64,000 nucleotides of DNA, from NCBI GenBank assembly GCA_963933835.1, contig CAWVVV010000001.1, forward strand, positions 384,001-448,000. Direction: 5' to 3'. The notes under the pieces are model-generated. The model saw nothing but the letters and a program-made list of their open reading frames with translations, did not search any database and was not told the DNA's origin. The DNA comes from an uncultured Puniceicoccaceae bacterium. GTDB lineage: Bacteria; Verrucomicrobiota; Verrucomicrobiia; Opitutales; Oceanipulchritudinaceae. Position 1 is the stretch's first letter. Each line of letters opens with the position of its first letter. Both the position numbers and the translations under genes were made by a program. This document shows, piece by piece, positions 9,937-20,253 of the stretch.

Positions 9937-10986
9937 ATGAGCCTCTCCGAACGCCTAGACCCATTTGCCGACGAACCGTTCCGGCTGTTCTTCCCGCTCG
10001 GCATCCTTGCCTCAGTCATCGGCGTTCTCCTATGGCCAGCGTTCTTTGGTCATTGGACCACCACTTATCCGCTCGAAACGCATCCCCGCTGGATGGTGAT
10101 CGGCTTTGGCGGCTGCTTCATTACCGGTTTCCTCGGCACCGCCGGTCCGCGACTTCTGGGGACCAAACCGTGGTCCCGTTTCGAGTTCATTCTCCACACC
10201 GTGATGGCTCTATCCGTGATGGCTCTCCTCACTTTCAACAACATCGCCAAAGCGGATTTGTTGACGGGAATCTGGTTGCTCGGTGTTTCGGCGAGCTTGC
10301 TCATACGCGTCTTCTTCGGTCGGAAGGACGTTCCTCCACCCGGACTCCCACTCGCGGTTCTTGGTCTCATTGGGGCCTCATGCGCAGGCTTTGCATTAAG
10401 CATGGAGAACCCTCTCCGCTTCTCGCTGCCGCTTCACACCTTCTGGCGTCTACTCTACTTCCAGGGGTTCCTCTGGCTGCCGATCCTCGGTGTTGCGCCC
10501 TACCTCCTACCACGCTTCTTCGGTTGCAAGTCACCGCACTCTTTTCCCGTCAGCTCCCGAATGCCTGCCGGTTGGTTGATACACTTTATCGATTCACTCA
10601 TCGCCGGCTTTCTGCTCATCGTCAGCTTTGCTTTAGAGGCTTGGCTCCCTGGTCCGGCTGGGATGATTCTGCGAACCATCGTTGTTCTCGTCCACCTCAC
10701 CCGAGCGGTGCCCGGCCTTGTCTCATGGAGTAAAGTCAACGGTCTTGGCCTTGCCCTGCGCTGGGTCCTTCCCTGCGCCGCCATCGGTTGGCTGCTCGCC
10801 GTCTTGTTTCCACCCTTACGGATCGGCATGCTACACTTCATGTTCATTGGAAGCTTCGGGCTGCTCATGCTCGCCGTCGCGACGCGCGTCATCCTTGGCC
10901 ATAATGATCGTCACGACCTTCTCGTCGCACGTAAAAAAGAAGGCCGGAGGAAACGAGTTCCACCGGCCTACAAATATTGTCTCTAG
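9937..10986 (+). CDS. nnrS: NnrS family protein, apparently C-terminally truncated
   Basis: EPFRLFFPLG, HPRWM..GF..GFLGTA, HFMFIGSFG..VATRVILGH; the frame runs into the fusA terminator. Confidence 0.75.
   Translation: MSLSERLDPFADEPFRLFFPLGILASVIGVLLWPAFFGHWTTTYPLETHPRWMVIGFGGCFITGFLGTAGPRLLGTKPWSRFEFILHTVMALSVMALLTFNNIAKADLLTGIWLLGVSASLLIRVFFGRKDVPPPGLPLAVLGLIGASCAGFALSMENPLRFSLPLHTFWRLLYFQGFLWLPILGVAPYLLPRFFGCKSPHSFPVSSRMPAGWLIHFIDSLIAGFLLIVSFALEAWLPGPAGMILRTIVVLVHLTRAVPGLVSWSKVNGLGLALRWVLPCAAIGWLLAVLFPPLRIGMLHFMFIGSFGLLMLAVATRVILGHNDRHDLLVARKKEGRRKRVPPAYKYCL
10933..10969 (-). terminator. Intrinsic terminator of fusA
   Basis: AGGCCGGAGGAA...TTCCACCGGCCT stem, followed by a U-tract on the minus strand. 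Confidence 0.7.
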
Positions 10987-11002
10987 AAAAGAGCTGAAGT
11001 GC

Positions 11003-13099
11003 TTACTTCTTCTTCTTCTTCTCTTCCTTACGCTTGATCGCTTCCTCAATAACCTTGAGCGAAATATTCTTCGGACATTGCGCATAGTGATCGAACTCCA
11101 TCGAGAACTGACCACGGCCTGAAGTCATCGTGCGGAGGTCACCGATGTAACCAAACATCTCAGAGAGTGGAGCCTCGGCCTTGATGCGAACACCAGAGAC
11201 GGCTTGGTCCTGAGATTTGATCATTCCACGGCGACGATTGAGGTCACCGATAACATCACCAATGTTGAGGTCTGGAGAGAAGACATCGAGCTTCATGATC
11301 GGCTCGAGAATCTTTGGATCCGCTTTCGGCAAGGATTCACGGTAAGCGGCTTTCGCGGCCACTTCAAAAGCTACAGCAGAGGAGTCGACACTGTGGTAGG
11401 CACCATCGAGGAGGGTGACCTTGAGGTCGATCATCGGATACTCGGCGAGAGGACCCTTTCCCGTCGAGAGGCGGAAGCCCTTCTCAACAGCAGGCCAGAA
11501 TTCACGCGGCACGTTACCACCAACAACCTTACAGATGAAGGTAAAGCCTTCGCCAGGTTCACCAGGTTCGATGCGGTATTCAATTTTCGCAAACTGACCT
11601 GAACCACCGGACTGCTTCTTGTGCGTGTAGCTGTCTTCGATCGAAGTAGTAATGGATTCCCGATACGCTACTTGTGGCGCGCCAACTTCAACTTCGACGC
11701 CGTGGGTGCGTTTGAGGATATCGACCTTAATGTCGAGGTGCAGTTCACCCATCCCCTTAAGGATCGTTTCGCCCGACTCTTCATCGGTTTCAACGCGGAA
11801 AGAAGGGTCTTCAGCGATCATCTTGGAAATCGCGATACCCATCTTGTCCGAAGCGCCTTTATCCTTCGGCGAAACGGCTACGGAGATAACTGGATCCGGG
11901 AAGACCATCGGCTCTAGCGTAGCTGGATTGTCTTTATCGGCGAGAGTGTGACCCGTCTGAGTATTCTTCAGTCCCACAAAGGCGGCAATGTCTCCGGCTT
12001 GAACCATGTCGATCTCAGTGCGGTCGTCAGCGTGCATTTCGACCATGCGGCCGATCCGCTCGCTCTTACCTGTAAAGGTATTCACGATCGTGCTACCCTT
12101 TGCGAGCTGGCCGGAATAGACACGGACGAAGGTCAGCGCACCGAACTTGTCATCCATGATTTTGAAGGCCAAAGCGCGGAACGGCTTATCGACGTCCACT
12201 TCGGCGAAAGTGCCGGTCGGGTTACCTTCGAGGTCAACCTCAGGCTGCGGGGGTACTTCGGTCGGGCTTGGGAGGTAATCAACAACCGCATCGAGAACAT
12301 TCTGGACCCCTTTATTCTTAAAGGAGGAACCACAAAGGGTTGGGAAGAACTCGAGGGCAATCGTTCCCTTACGGATACAAAGCTTAAGGTCTTCAATCGA
12401 AGGCTCTTCGCCACCGAGGTAGGACTCCATGAGATCGTCGTCCATTTCAACAGCGGTCTCGATGAGCTGCTCACGGTATTCGGCGACCTTTTCCTTCATC
12501 TCTTCAGGGACGTCACCCACAACAAAGTTTTCCGGCAAACCGGTGTCATCCCAGATATAAGACTTCTGGGTCAGGAGATCGACGACCCCAACAAAATCAT
12601 TCTCAATCCCGATCGGGAGCACCATAACGAGAGGGCGCGCACCGAGGATTTTCTTCACTTGATCAACGACGCTGTAGAAATCAGCACCGGTACGGTCGAG
12701 TTTGTTCACGTAGATGATCCGTGCGACCTTGGAATCATTGGCGTAGCGCCAGTTGGTCTCGGATTGAGGCTCAACCCCTCCCGAACCACAGAAAACACCC
12801 ACACCGCCGTCGAGGACCTTCAAGGAACGGTAGACCTCAATCGTGAAGTCAACGTGCCCTGGGGTGTCGATGATGTTGAAACGGTAGTCCTTCCAAAAAC
12901 AGGTCGTCGCAGCCGATTGAATCGTGATGCCACGCTCTTGTTCTTGGTCCATGAAGTCAGTCGTCGCAGCACCGTCGTGCACTTCACCGAGCTTATGGAT
13001 TTTACCCGTAAGCTTCAGAATACGTTCTGTCGTCGTTGTCTTTCCGGCGTCAACGTGTGCGAAGATGCCGATATTGCGATACTTTGTGAGGTCGTTCAT
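11003..13099 (-). CDS. fusA: Elongation factor G (stand-alone copy)
   Basis: [50 protein letters not shown]; start MNDLTKY at 13099. Confidence 0.95.
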   Translation of the reverse strand: MNDLTKYRNIGIFAHVDAGKTTTTERILKLTGKIHKLGEVHDGAATTDFMDQEQERGITIQSAATTCFWKDYRFNIIDTPGHVDFTIEVYRSLKVLDGGVGVFCGSGGVEPQSETNWRYANDSKVARIIYVNKLDRTGADFYSVVDQVKKILGARPLVMVLPIGIENDFVGVVDLLTQKSYIWDDTGLPENFVVGDVPEEMKEKVAEYREQLIETAVEMDDDLMESYLGGEEPSIEDLKLCIRKGTIALEFFPTLCGSSFKNKGVQNVLDAVVDYLPSPTEVPPQPEVDLEGNPTGTFAEVDVDKPFRALAFKIMDDKFGALTFVRVYSGQLAKGSTIVNTFTGKSERIGRMVEMHADDRTEIDMVQAGDIAAFVGLKNTQTGHTLADKDNPATLEPMVFPDPVISVAVSPKDKGASDKMGIAISKMIAEDPSFRVETDEESGETILKGMGELHLDIKVDILKRTHGVEVEVGAPQVAYRESITTSIEDSYTHKKQSGGSGQFAKIEYRIEPGEPGEGFTFICKVVGGNVPREFWPAVEKGFRLSTGKGPLAEYPMIDLKVTLLDGAYHSVDSSAVAFEVAAKAAYRESLPKADPKILEPIMKLDVFSPDLNIGDVIGDLNRRRGMIKSQDQAVSGVRIKAEAPLSEMFGYIGDLRTMTSGRGQFSMEFDHYAQCPKNISLKVIEEAIKRKEEKKKKK

Positions 13100-13333
13100 G
13101 GTCTGCTGGCTGGATCCTTTGAGAAGAATCAGTGGACAAATAAAAACGGGGGAAAATCGGCATTTTGAGCTGAATGTCACTCTTTAAATGCTAGAATCTA
13201 TCCCTTTGAGCTTATATTGGGCTAGAAACAAGGTGCTAAACAGAAGCCTACTCCGCGACTCAGGCCTTCCTTTGGGCCATTTCAAGGCCAAGGGGAATTA
13301 GTTTAAGAAGTTTCGCATCTAGCTAGGCAGACA

Positions 13334-14086
13334 TTGACCGAAGCCCCATCGCCCATCAACTTATTTTCAGTGGATAAATCCTCCCGCAGACGCTTTCTCT
13401 TTCGCGCCGCCCTCGTGGTCTTGGCAGCTGCCCCGCTGACGAGCCTCGCGGCCAACATCAGCTATAAAGTTCGCCGAGGGGATACCCTCTCGGCCATCGC
13501 GCGCAATCACGGGACCACGATCAAGGCTCTGAAGCGTGCGAACGGGCTGAGTAGCGATCGTATTCTCGCCGGTCAGGTTTTGACCATTCCGGTGAGTCGG
13601 ACCGCAGCACTCAGCTCAGCCGACAGCCTGACCCAAGGTATCAATGTGAAGCGCGACCGATGGAAATACATCGTCGCCCACCACAGCGCGATCGAGGCCG
13701 GCAACGCTGAGATTTACGATCGCAACCACCGGCGTCGCGGAATGAAGAACGGTCTCGCCTACCATTTTGTGATTGGAAACGGGCGCGACTCCGGCGACGG
13801 CGAGATCGAGATCGGTCCCCGCTGGCGCCAGCAGCTCCACGGCGGCCATGTGCGCAGCCAACGCTACAACGAAGCCGGCATCGGCATTTGCCTGGTCGGC
13901 AATTTCGAAGAACGCCGCCCGTCAAAAAAGCAAGTCAAGGCCTTCGAAGGCCTTGTCGACTACCTCGGAAACGATCTCCTCAGCGGCAAGTTCAAGTTTA
14001 TGGTGCACAAAGAAGTGGATAAAAACCACACCGTCTGCCCAGGCCGCTACTTCCCGCTCAAAGCGATGCATAAGAAGTTCGGGTAG
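13334..14086 (+). CDS. LysM + N-acetylmuramoyl-L-alanine amidase (Amidase_2) protein
   Basis: Twin-Arg-like leader; YKVRRGDTLSAIAR LysM; YIVAHHSA, AYHFVIGNG, IGICLVGNF, HTVCPG. Confidence 0.85.
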   Translation: MTEAPSPINLFSVDKSSRRRFLFRAALVVLAAAPLTSLAANISYKVRRGDTLSAIARNHGTTIKALKRANGLSSDRILAGQVLTIPVSRTAALSSADSLTQGINVKRDRWKYIVAHHSAIEAGNAEIYDRNHRRRGMKNGLAYHFVIGNGRDSGDGEIEIGPRWRQQLHGGHVRSQRYNEAGIGICLVGNFEERRPSKKQVKAFEGLVDYLGNDLLSGKFKFMVHKEVDKNHTVCPGRYFPLKAMHKKFG

Positions 14087-14120
14087 GCCTACCTGACGCC
14101 CATAGACGAGGCTTGATAAG

Positions 14121-14720
14121 ATGGAAGCGCACCAAACAGCCGCTAACTACGATCGTATCGCTCACCACTGGTCAGGTGAAGATTTCAACTTCAAGAATGG
14201 GATACAGCAGCACGAAAGAGCACTAAGCTTTCATCGTGGCGGCAGCCACGCGATAGACATCGGGTGTGGGAGCAGTGGCCGTATCATTCAGTGTATTCAA
14301 GCACACGGATACGAAGTCGAAGGCCTTGATATTTCAGAGGTGATGCTTTCTCTCGCACGGAATAAGCACCCTGAAGTCACTTTTCATCAGGCAGACATTA
14401 TCACATGGGAGCTTCCCAGAAAATACGATTTCATCTCAGCATGGGACAGTATCTGGCCTGTCCCTCTCACTAAACATCCAATTGTCTTGGAAAAGCTCTG
14501 CGCCGGGCTCGAATCAAATGGCATCTTAATCTTCACCAGCGGCGGAGTCGATGAACCCGGTGAGGTGACAAACCCCTGCCATGGCCAACCACTCTACCAT
14601 GCCGCTCTAGGCATACCAAAACTCTTGGGGCTCATTGACCGCTTCGGCTGTATCTGCCGCCACTTGGAGTATGATCAACTGCCAGAAAAACATATCTACC
14701 TGATTGTTCAGAAAAGATGA
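14121..14720 (+). CDS. Class I SAM-dependent methyltransferase
   Basis: AIDIGCGS, GLDISEVML, YDFISAWDS. Confidence 0.85.
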   Translation: MEAHQTAANYDRIAHHWSGEDFNFKNGIQQHERALSFHRGGSHAIDIGCGSSGRIIQCIQAHGYEVEGLDISEVMLSLARNKHPEVTFHQADIITWELPRKYDFISAWDSIWPVPLTKHPIVLEKLCAGLESNGILIFTSGGVDEPGEVTNPCHGQPLYHAALGIPKLLGLIDRFGCICRHLEYDQLPEKHIYLIVQKR

Positions 14721-14772
14721 GAACGCCTCTGTTCTTGTCAGCACGTTCCGCCCTCGCCTTCTTTAAGGGCGA

Positions 14773-15801
14773 ATGAGATCCCGCGACCGTTTTTTAGCTG
14801 CTTTGCGAGCAGAGCCTGTTTCCCGTCCTCCGATCTGGATCATGCGGCAGGCGGGTCGCTATTTACCGGAGTATCGGAAGCTGAAAGAGCGCTACGATTT
14901 TCTCACCCTTGCCAAGACGCCCGAGCTCGCCTGCGAAGTATCAGTGCAGCCCTTCCGCCGTTTCGCCCTCGATGCTGCGATCGTTTTTTCTGACATTCTC
15001 ATCATCCCCGAAGCGATGGGGCAGCCCTATCACTTCCGTGATCAAGGCGGGATCGGGATGGACTACCGCCTTGAGCGCCCCGAGCAGATCAACGCCCTCA
15101 CTCCCGAGGCCGTTCCGGAAAAACTCAACTACGTCGGCCAAGCGATCTCGCTCCTGAAAAACGAGCTGGGCGACGAAAAGGCTATCCTCGGCTTTGGTGG
15201 CTCCCCATGGACGCTTGCCTGCTACATGCTCGAAGGCGGCGGCAGCCAACACTTCAGTAAAGCGAAAGAACTTTACTACAAGGAGCCAGCACTGTTCGAA
15301 AAACTGATGGAGAAGCTCGTCGCCGCGCTTGCTCGGCTCTTCCAACTGCAAATCGAAGCCGGTGCAGATGCGATACAGATTTTCGATAGCTGGGCGGCAG
15401 CCTGTCCCGGAAACCACTACGAAGCGATGTCGCTGCGCTGGATTCGCAAACTCATCGCGCGCCTGCCGGAAGGCTTTCCCATCATCCTCTTTGCCAAGGG
15501 TATGACCGCGCACATGCCGAGCTTGCTCAAGAGTGGTGCCCAAGGCTTTGGCATCGATGCGCAAATCCGCCTCCATGAGCTCCGTGCACAGGTGCCGGAA
15601 AACTTCGCGCTCCAAGGAAATCTCGACCCCTCCCTCCTCGAGCTGCCACCGGAGATCGTTTCGAGCGAAGCGAAACGCTTTCTCGAGAGTATGAGCGGCG
15701 CCCGCGGCCACATCGTTAACCTCGGCCACGGGATCACCCCGCAGGCCCGACCCGAGAGCGTTGAGGCCCTCGTCAACGCGGTCGTGGAAAGCGGAAACTA
15801 A
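14773..15801 (+). CDS. hemE: Uroporphyrinogen decarboxylase
   Basis: PIWIMRQAGRYLPEY, FSDIL, QIFDSW, QGNLDP, NLGHG. Confidence 0.95.
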   Translation: MRSRDRFLAALRAEPVSRPPIWIMRQAGRYLPEYRKLKERYDFLTLAKTPELACEVSVQPFRRFALDAAIVFSDILIIPEAMGQPYHFRDQGGIGMDYRLERPEQINALTPEAVPEKLNYVGQAISLLKNELGDEKAILGFGGSPWTLACYMLEGGGSQHFSKAKELYYKEPALFEKLMEKLVAALARLFQLQIEAGADAIQIFDSWAAACPGNHYEAMSLRWIRKLIARLPEGFPIILFAKGMTAHMPSLLKSGAQGFGIDAQIRLHELRAQVPENFALQGNLDPSLLELPPEIVSSEAKRFLESMSGARGHIVNLGHGITPQARPESVEALVNAVVESGN

Positions 15802-15817
15802 AAACAACTTTTCAGAC

Positions 15818-17089
15818 ATGCAGAAGGATACACGAAATTCCCTACCCGGTCTCCTTCGAGCCATCGGACCCGGCATCCTGATGGCAGGTGCCGCGATCGG
15901 CGTATCGCATGTCGTCCAATCGACGCGGGCGGGGGCATCCTTCGGGCTTGAAATCATCTGGCTCGTTCTCCTTGTCAATGTTCTCAAATACCCCTTCTTC
16001 GAAGCGGGACATCGCTACACCGTAGCGACCGGTGAGTCGCTCCTCGATGGCTACAAGCGCTTGGGCAATGGCTTTCTCTACGCCTTCCTCGCGCTGAACA
16101 GTTTCACTGCGGTAATCAGTGTTGCCGGTGTCACTTTTGTCACCGCTATCCTCACCCCAAAGATCGGACCGCTCGCAAACGCCAGTCCTCAAGCGATCAG
16201 TGCGGGGCTGCTTGTTCTTATCATTCTAGTTCTTAGTCTCGGACGCTATAAATGGCTCGACCGGATCATCAAGGTGATGGTCTTCGTTCTCTTCGTCGCA
16301 ACCATCGCGGCATTCTTGAGGGCGTCATCAAATCCTAATACCCCGGTCGAAGGTTTTGTCGGCCCCGAGCTTTGGACGATTACTTCCCTCCCCTTTCTCA
16401 TCGCCCTCATGGGATGGATGCCTGCTCCGATCGAGATGTCGGTCTGGCAGTCGCTCTGGATCAAAGCCGCTGAAGACGAACGCAACGAGAAGACAACCCG
16501 CCGCCAAGCCGCCGTTGATTTTCATCTTGGCTACATCATAACAACTTTGCTGGCGCTCATGTTTGTCGCGCTCGGTGCTTGGGTGATGTATGGCTCGGGC
16601 GAGCAGTTCGCGGCCTCAAGCGTCGGGTTCACAAATCAATTTGTGAACCTCTACACCTCGAAACTCGGTGAGTGGACGACGCCGATCATCACCGCCGCCG
16701 CCTTCACCACTCTCCTTTCAACGACAATTACGGTGGTCGATGCCTACCCGCGCTCGCTCGCAGCAGGCATCCAAGTAGCTAAGTCGTCCCTACCTCAAAG
16801 TGCGCGTTTCTGGCACATTGTAATGATCATCGTCTGTTCGCTCGTCGGCTGGCTTATCATCGCCTTCTCGTCGAAGAACCTCACTACCCTGATCGATCTC
16901 ATCACAACGGCAGCCTTTCTGACCGGACCCATCTTTGCATTTTTGAATCTGCGCCTCGTATTGTCGGACCACCTACCCAAGGCTTTCCGCTTAAACCTCT
17001 CGCGCAAAGTGCTTAGTTGGCTCGGCCTTGCTTACCTCGTTGGGTTTTCGCTCCTCTTTATTTGGTGGCGACTTTTCATAAAAAGCTAA
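15818..17089 (+). CDS. NRAMP-like divalent metal transporter
   Basis: GPGILMAGAAIGVSHVVQSTRAGA, ALMGWMPAP; many TM helices. Confidence 0.8.
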   Translation: MQKDTRNSLPGLLRAIGPGILMAGAAIGVSHVVQSTRAGASFGLEIIWLVLLVNVLKYPFFEAGHRYTVATGESLLDGYKRLGNGFLYAFLALNSFTAVISVAGVTFVTAILTPKIGPLANASPQAISAGLLVLIILVLSLGRYKWLDRIIKVMVFVLFVATIAAFLRASSNPNTPVEGFVGPELWTITSLPFLIALMGWMPAPIEMSVWQSLWIKAAEDERNEKTTRRQAAVDFHLGYIITTLLALMFVALGAWVMYGSGEQFAASSVGFTNQFVNLYTSKLGEWTTPIITAAAFTTLLSTTITVVDAYPRSLAAGIQVAKSSLPQSARFWHIVMIIVCSLVGWLIIAFSSKNLTTLIDLITTAAFLTGPIFAFLNLRLVLSDHLPKAFRLNLSRKVLSWLGLAYLVGFSLLFIWWRLFIKS

Positions 17090-17172
17090 TAATTAGCACG
17101 ATGTTTTCAGTTTTTAGGCCAGAAATTCAGTTAGCTGGTAGAGCATGGTCTATCGACCGATTGCTAAGAGCA

Positions 17173-18000
17173 ATGCGATGGCTTCTTCACAACTGCATCC
17201 CCTCGATAACGACTAAATTGTTGGTTTGTTATGTAGGTTTTAGCCTCTGCGGTCTGCTCCAGGGGATGTATCAGAACATGCCAGCGGATGAGGTGCTCGC
17301 AGAAAAAGGCACACCCAAAAACACTCTGGCCCGCGGCACATCCGAGCTCTGGGTCTACGAAGATGGAACGAGCCTCCGATTCGAGGGAGGCCTTCTCATT
17401 TCCTGCGATAGGTGTGTTCTGCTTGAAGCTCCAGAGGCGCTGCCTGAAATTCCTAAATCACCTACCACCCCAGCGGAACCCCTAACAGAGGCAACCCCAG
17501 TTGAGAAAAAAGAACTCGTCGAAAAAGAACTCGCCGAAGAATCACAATGGCTGGAGGACGGTGAATACGCCTATGAAGATGAATACGATCTCGCGGGGAT
17601 GGAGGACGATTACTCTTCTTGGGACGATGAGCCCTCTGAGGCGAACTTCCTCGTCATCTTTTTGATCGGAACGACTGCCTTGAGCAGTGTGCTCTGGCTA
17701 GCGTTTAAGCAGGTAAGCATCGGTTTCGTGGCGCGCCAAGTTCTCGTCATCGCGGTGGGGGTGAACCTCTTCAGGCTCTTACTTGACCTCATCCCGTGGC
17801 AGGACGAAAACAGACAGTTCTTCTATGTCGATGACGTCATTTTGCTGAGCGTTCTCGTCAGCCTGATCTATTTCCTCTCAGAAGTTAAAACAACCCTGAC
17901 TGCACTCAAAATCGCGGTCGCAGCCACGGTTATCGCTAAGATTATCATCTTTGGAATCCTATGGGCGGCGATTATGATCGGTGGCAGCTTTTTAAGCTAA
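17173..18000 (+). CDS. Hypothetical membrane protein
   Basis: N-terminal signal-like segment, acidic linker, four C-terminal TM segments; start uncertain. Confidence 0.55.
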   Translation: MRWLLHNCIPSITTKLLVCYVGFSLCGLLQGMYQNMPADEVLAEKGTPKNTLARGTSELWVYEDGTSLRFEGGLLISCDRCVLLEAPEALPEIPKSPTTPAEPLTEATPVEKKELVEKELAEESQWLEDGEYAYEDEYDLAGMEDDYSSWDDEPSEANFLVIFLIGTTALSSVLWLAFKQVSIGFVARQVLVIAVGVNLFRLLLDLIPWQDENRQFFYVDDVILLSVLVSLIYFLSEVKTTLTALKIAVAATVIAKIIIFGILWAAIMIGGSFLS

Positions 18001-18013
18001 GAGGACTGCAGTG

Positions 18014-18045
18014 AAAAACGAAAAGCCCTACGTTTGAGTAGGGCT
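18014..18045 (-). terminator. Intrinsic terminator downstream of kamA, at a convergent junction
   Basis: AGCCCTAC/GTAGGGCT stem with a U-tract on the minus strand. Confidence 0.65.
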
Positions 18046-18209
18046 CTCGTTACTGCTCACTCTTCTATTCACTATCTACTGTCTATCACTAACACCTGTC
18101 TACTTAGGCTAAACCTTCTCCGAGGTTGAAAGTTTCAGAAACTGAAAATTCGTGTCTGATTTTCCGTTGTAGAGTGGACGTTTCGACCGCCACTTTTCAA
18201 AAGGGGCCT

Positions 18210-19406
18210 CTAAGCTAGAAAGCCGACCGGCGGGAGCTCTTCGGCACCCCGCCCTGCGATCGCCACAGGCTGCTCTGTAACGAGCGGATAACGATATTCG
18301 AGGCCCTCGAAATTCCGCATCACGATTTCCTCTTCGGTGATTTCCTTCACATAAGAAGGGTTGATCGGCACCTTGCCACCACCACCGGGGGCATCGATGA
18401 CAAACTGCGGAATCGCATAGCCCGTCGAGTGTCCGCGCAGGCCTTGAATAATCTCAATGCCCTTGCGCACATCAGCGCGAAGATGGCGCGAGCCCGTAAT
18501 GAGGTCACACTGGTAAAGGTAATAGGGCCGCACACTGATCATAAGCAGGCGATGCACGAGTGAGCGCATGGTCTCAAGATCATCGTTAACGCCCCGCAGG
18601 AGCACACTCTGGTTGCCAAGGGGAACACCGGCATAGCTCAACTTCTCAGCCGCCTCAGCGACCTCCTCGGTGATCTCACGGGGGTGATTAAAGTGCAGGC
18701 TGATCCAGATCGGACCGTGCTTCTTAAGGACGTCTTGCAGGCCCTCTGTGACACGCTGTGGAAGGAAGACAGGCACTCGGGAACCAATGCGGATGAACTC
18801 CACGTGTGGGATCGCTCGCAGGCGTCCGAGAATGTAGTCCAACTTCTTGTCGCTGAGCAGAAGCGGATCGCCACCGCTCAAAAGGACGTCGCGCACCTCA
18901 GGGTGCTCCTCAATGTATTTAAGCGCGTTTTCGAAGTTAGGGTGAAAGTCGTAGCCTTGCGCATTGGAAACCAAGCGGCTGCGGGTGCAGTAGCGACAAT
19001 ACGCTGCGCACACGTTTGTGACGAGAAAGAGCACGCGGTCCGGATAGCGATGAACAAGCCCGGGGACACCCATCGAATCTTCTTCGCCCACCGGATCGAG
19101 CAGTTCTTCCGGCGCTGTAAACATCTCTTCCTCCCGAGGGATGACCTGCCGACGGATCGGGCAGTTTGGATCATCGCCGTCGATGAGGTTAAAGAAATAA
19201 GGCGTGATCGCCATCTTCAGCTTATTCTCGGCAAAACCGCAGCCCACCCTCTCCTCCGGGGTGAGATCAATGAGGCGCTCGATTTCAGTTAGACTCGTGA
19301 TCCGATTCTTCAGTTGCCAGCGCCAGTCGCGCCAGTCTTTAGCAGGCACAGTGCTCCAGAGGCCTTGGCCACGGAACCAGTCAGAACGTTGATCAGTCGG
19401 ATACAT
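18210..19406 (-). CDS. kamA: KamA family radical SAM enzyme (lysine 2,3-aminomutase-like)
   Basis: GLVHRYPDRVL, CAAYCRYCTR, SGGDPL, NQSVLL, PYYLYQCD, DAPGGGGK. Confidence 0.9.
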   Translation of the reverse strand: MYPTDQRSDWFRGQGLWSTVPAKDWRDWRWQLKNRITSLTEIERLIDLTPEERVGCGFAENKLKMAITPYFFNLIDGDDPNCPIRRQVIPREEEMFTAPEELLDPVGEEDSMGVPGLVHRYPDRVLFLVTNVCAAYCRYCTRSRLVSNAQGYDFHPNFENALKYIEEHPEVRDVLLSGGDPLLLSDKKLDYILGRLRAIPHVEFIRIGSRVPVFLPQRVTEGLQDVLKKHGPIWISLHFNHPREITEEVAEAAEKLSYAGVPLGNQSVLLRGVNDDLETMRSLVHRLLMISVRPYYLYQCDLITGSRHLRADVRKGIEIIQGLRGHSTGYAIPQFVIDAPGGGGKVPINPSYVKEITEEEIVMRNFEGLEYRYPLVTEQPVAIAGRGAEELPPVGFLA

Positions 19407-19498
19407 TGAGTTGGAAAAGAGAAATAAACCTCATCAATTGAAAAATTCACATATTTAGATTTGTCAATACATGGGAAAGAATTCTACTGATTATTGAG

Positions 19499-19834
19499 AT
19501 GGAACGAGACTCGGAACAACTGGCGCGCGAGCTGTGGACGATTGGAGACGATAACCGCCTCCGCTTGCTCGCAATGCTACCGACCGAGCCTGGCTGCGAA
19601 AACCACCGCAATGTCTCTGAACTCGCGGCGGAGCTTGGTCTCAGTCAGCCAACGGTGAGCAACCACCTCGCCCGCCTCCGCACCCTCGGCATCGTCAAAT
19701 GCCGCAAAATGTGCCGCGACGTCCATTACTGGATCGATCAAGAAATGGCCGCCGAGATCATCACTGCCTTAGCAATCAGCCTGAAGACCAGCGATGTGCT
19801 CCAGAAGAGCGAAGCCGTCGAGACAGGGAAGTGA
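19499..19834 (+). CDS. ArsR/SmtB family transcriptional regulator
   Basis: DDNRLRLL...VSELAAELGLSQPTVSNHLARLR. Confidence 0.85.
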   Translation: MERDSEQLARELWTIGDDNRLRLLAMLPTEPGCENHRNVSELAAELGLSQPTVSNHLARLRTLGIVKCRKMCRDVHYWIDQEMAAEIITALAISLKTSDVLQKSEAVETGK

Positions 19835-19841
19835 CGACTGC

Positions 19842-20219
19842 GGACCGCGGGGACGCGGTCCCTCCAAAACAACGATGCCTGCCAGCCCTTCCCTGGAGGA
19901 ACCGGCTCTCATCAGTCCGTATTGCCGACCCATTACCCTTTTCCTGGAGGGACCAGCTCCTGCTGGTCCGCAACCGCGCACGCTCCGGATCTACAGCGGA
20001 CGGGCGGAGCCCATCCCTCCAAAACGTCAAATGACCGTCGCTAACCTCTCTGGAGGGACCAGCTCCGCTGGTCCGCAACGCGTATACCTTGGATCTCCTG
20101 TGGACGGGCAGGAGCCCATCCCTCCAAAAATACCTGCTGACTCCCCTCTCTGGAGGGACCAGCTCCTGCTGGTCCGCAACCGCGGACGCCGCCACAGACC
20201 GGCAGGAGCAGGTCCCTCC
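19842..20219. repeat. Cluster of 8 GGAG-type REP-like palindromes (BIME/REPIN-like)
   Basis: Units like GGAGGGACCAGCTCCTGCTGGTCC at 19895, 19946, 20052, 20152; reverse-oriented units ending CCCTCC at 19842, 19998, 20102, 20196. Confidence 0.85.
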
Positions 20220-20253
20220 AAGGTAGGTTGTATTCTAGAAACGTGTAGCCCGC

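Noticed and set aside
11948..13168. 406-aa ORF antisense to fusA
   Set aside because: Antisense shadow; similar shadows occur opposite hemE, ffh and the aldehyde dehydrogenase.
19842..20219. CRISPR array
   Set aside because: Units alternate in orientation, vary in sequence and spacing, and there are no cas genes; the pattern fits REPs.
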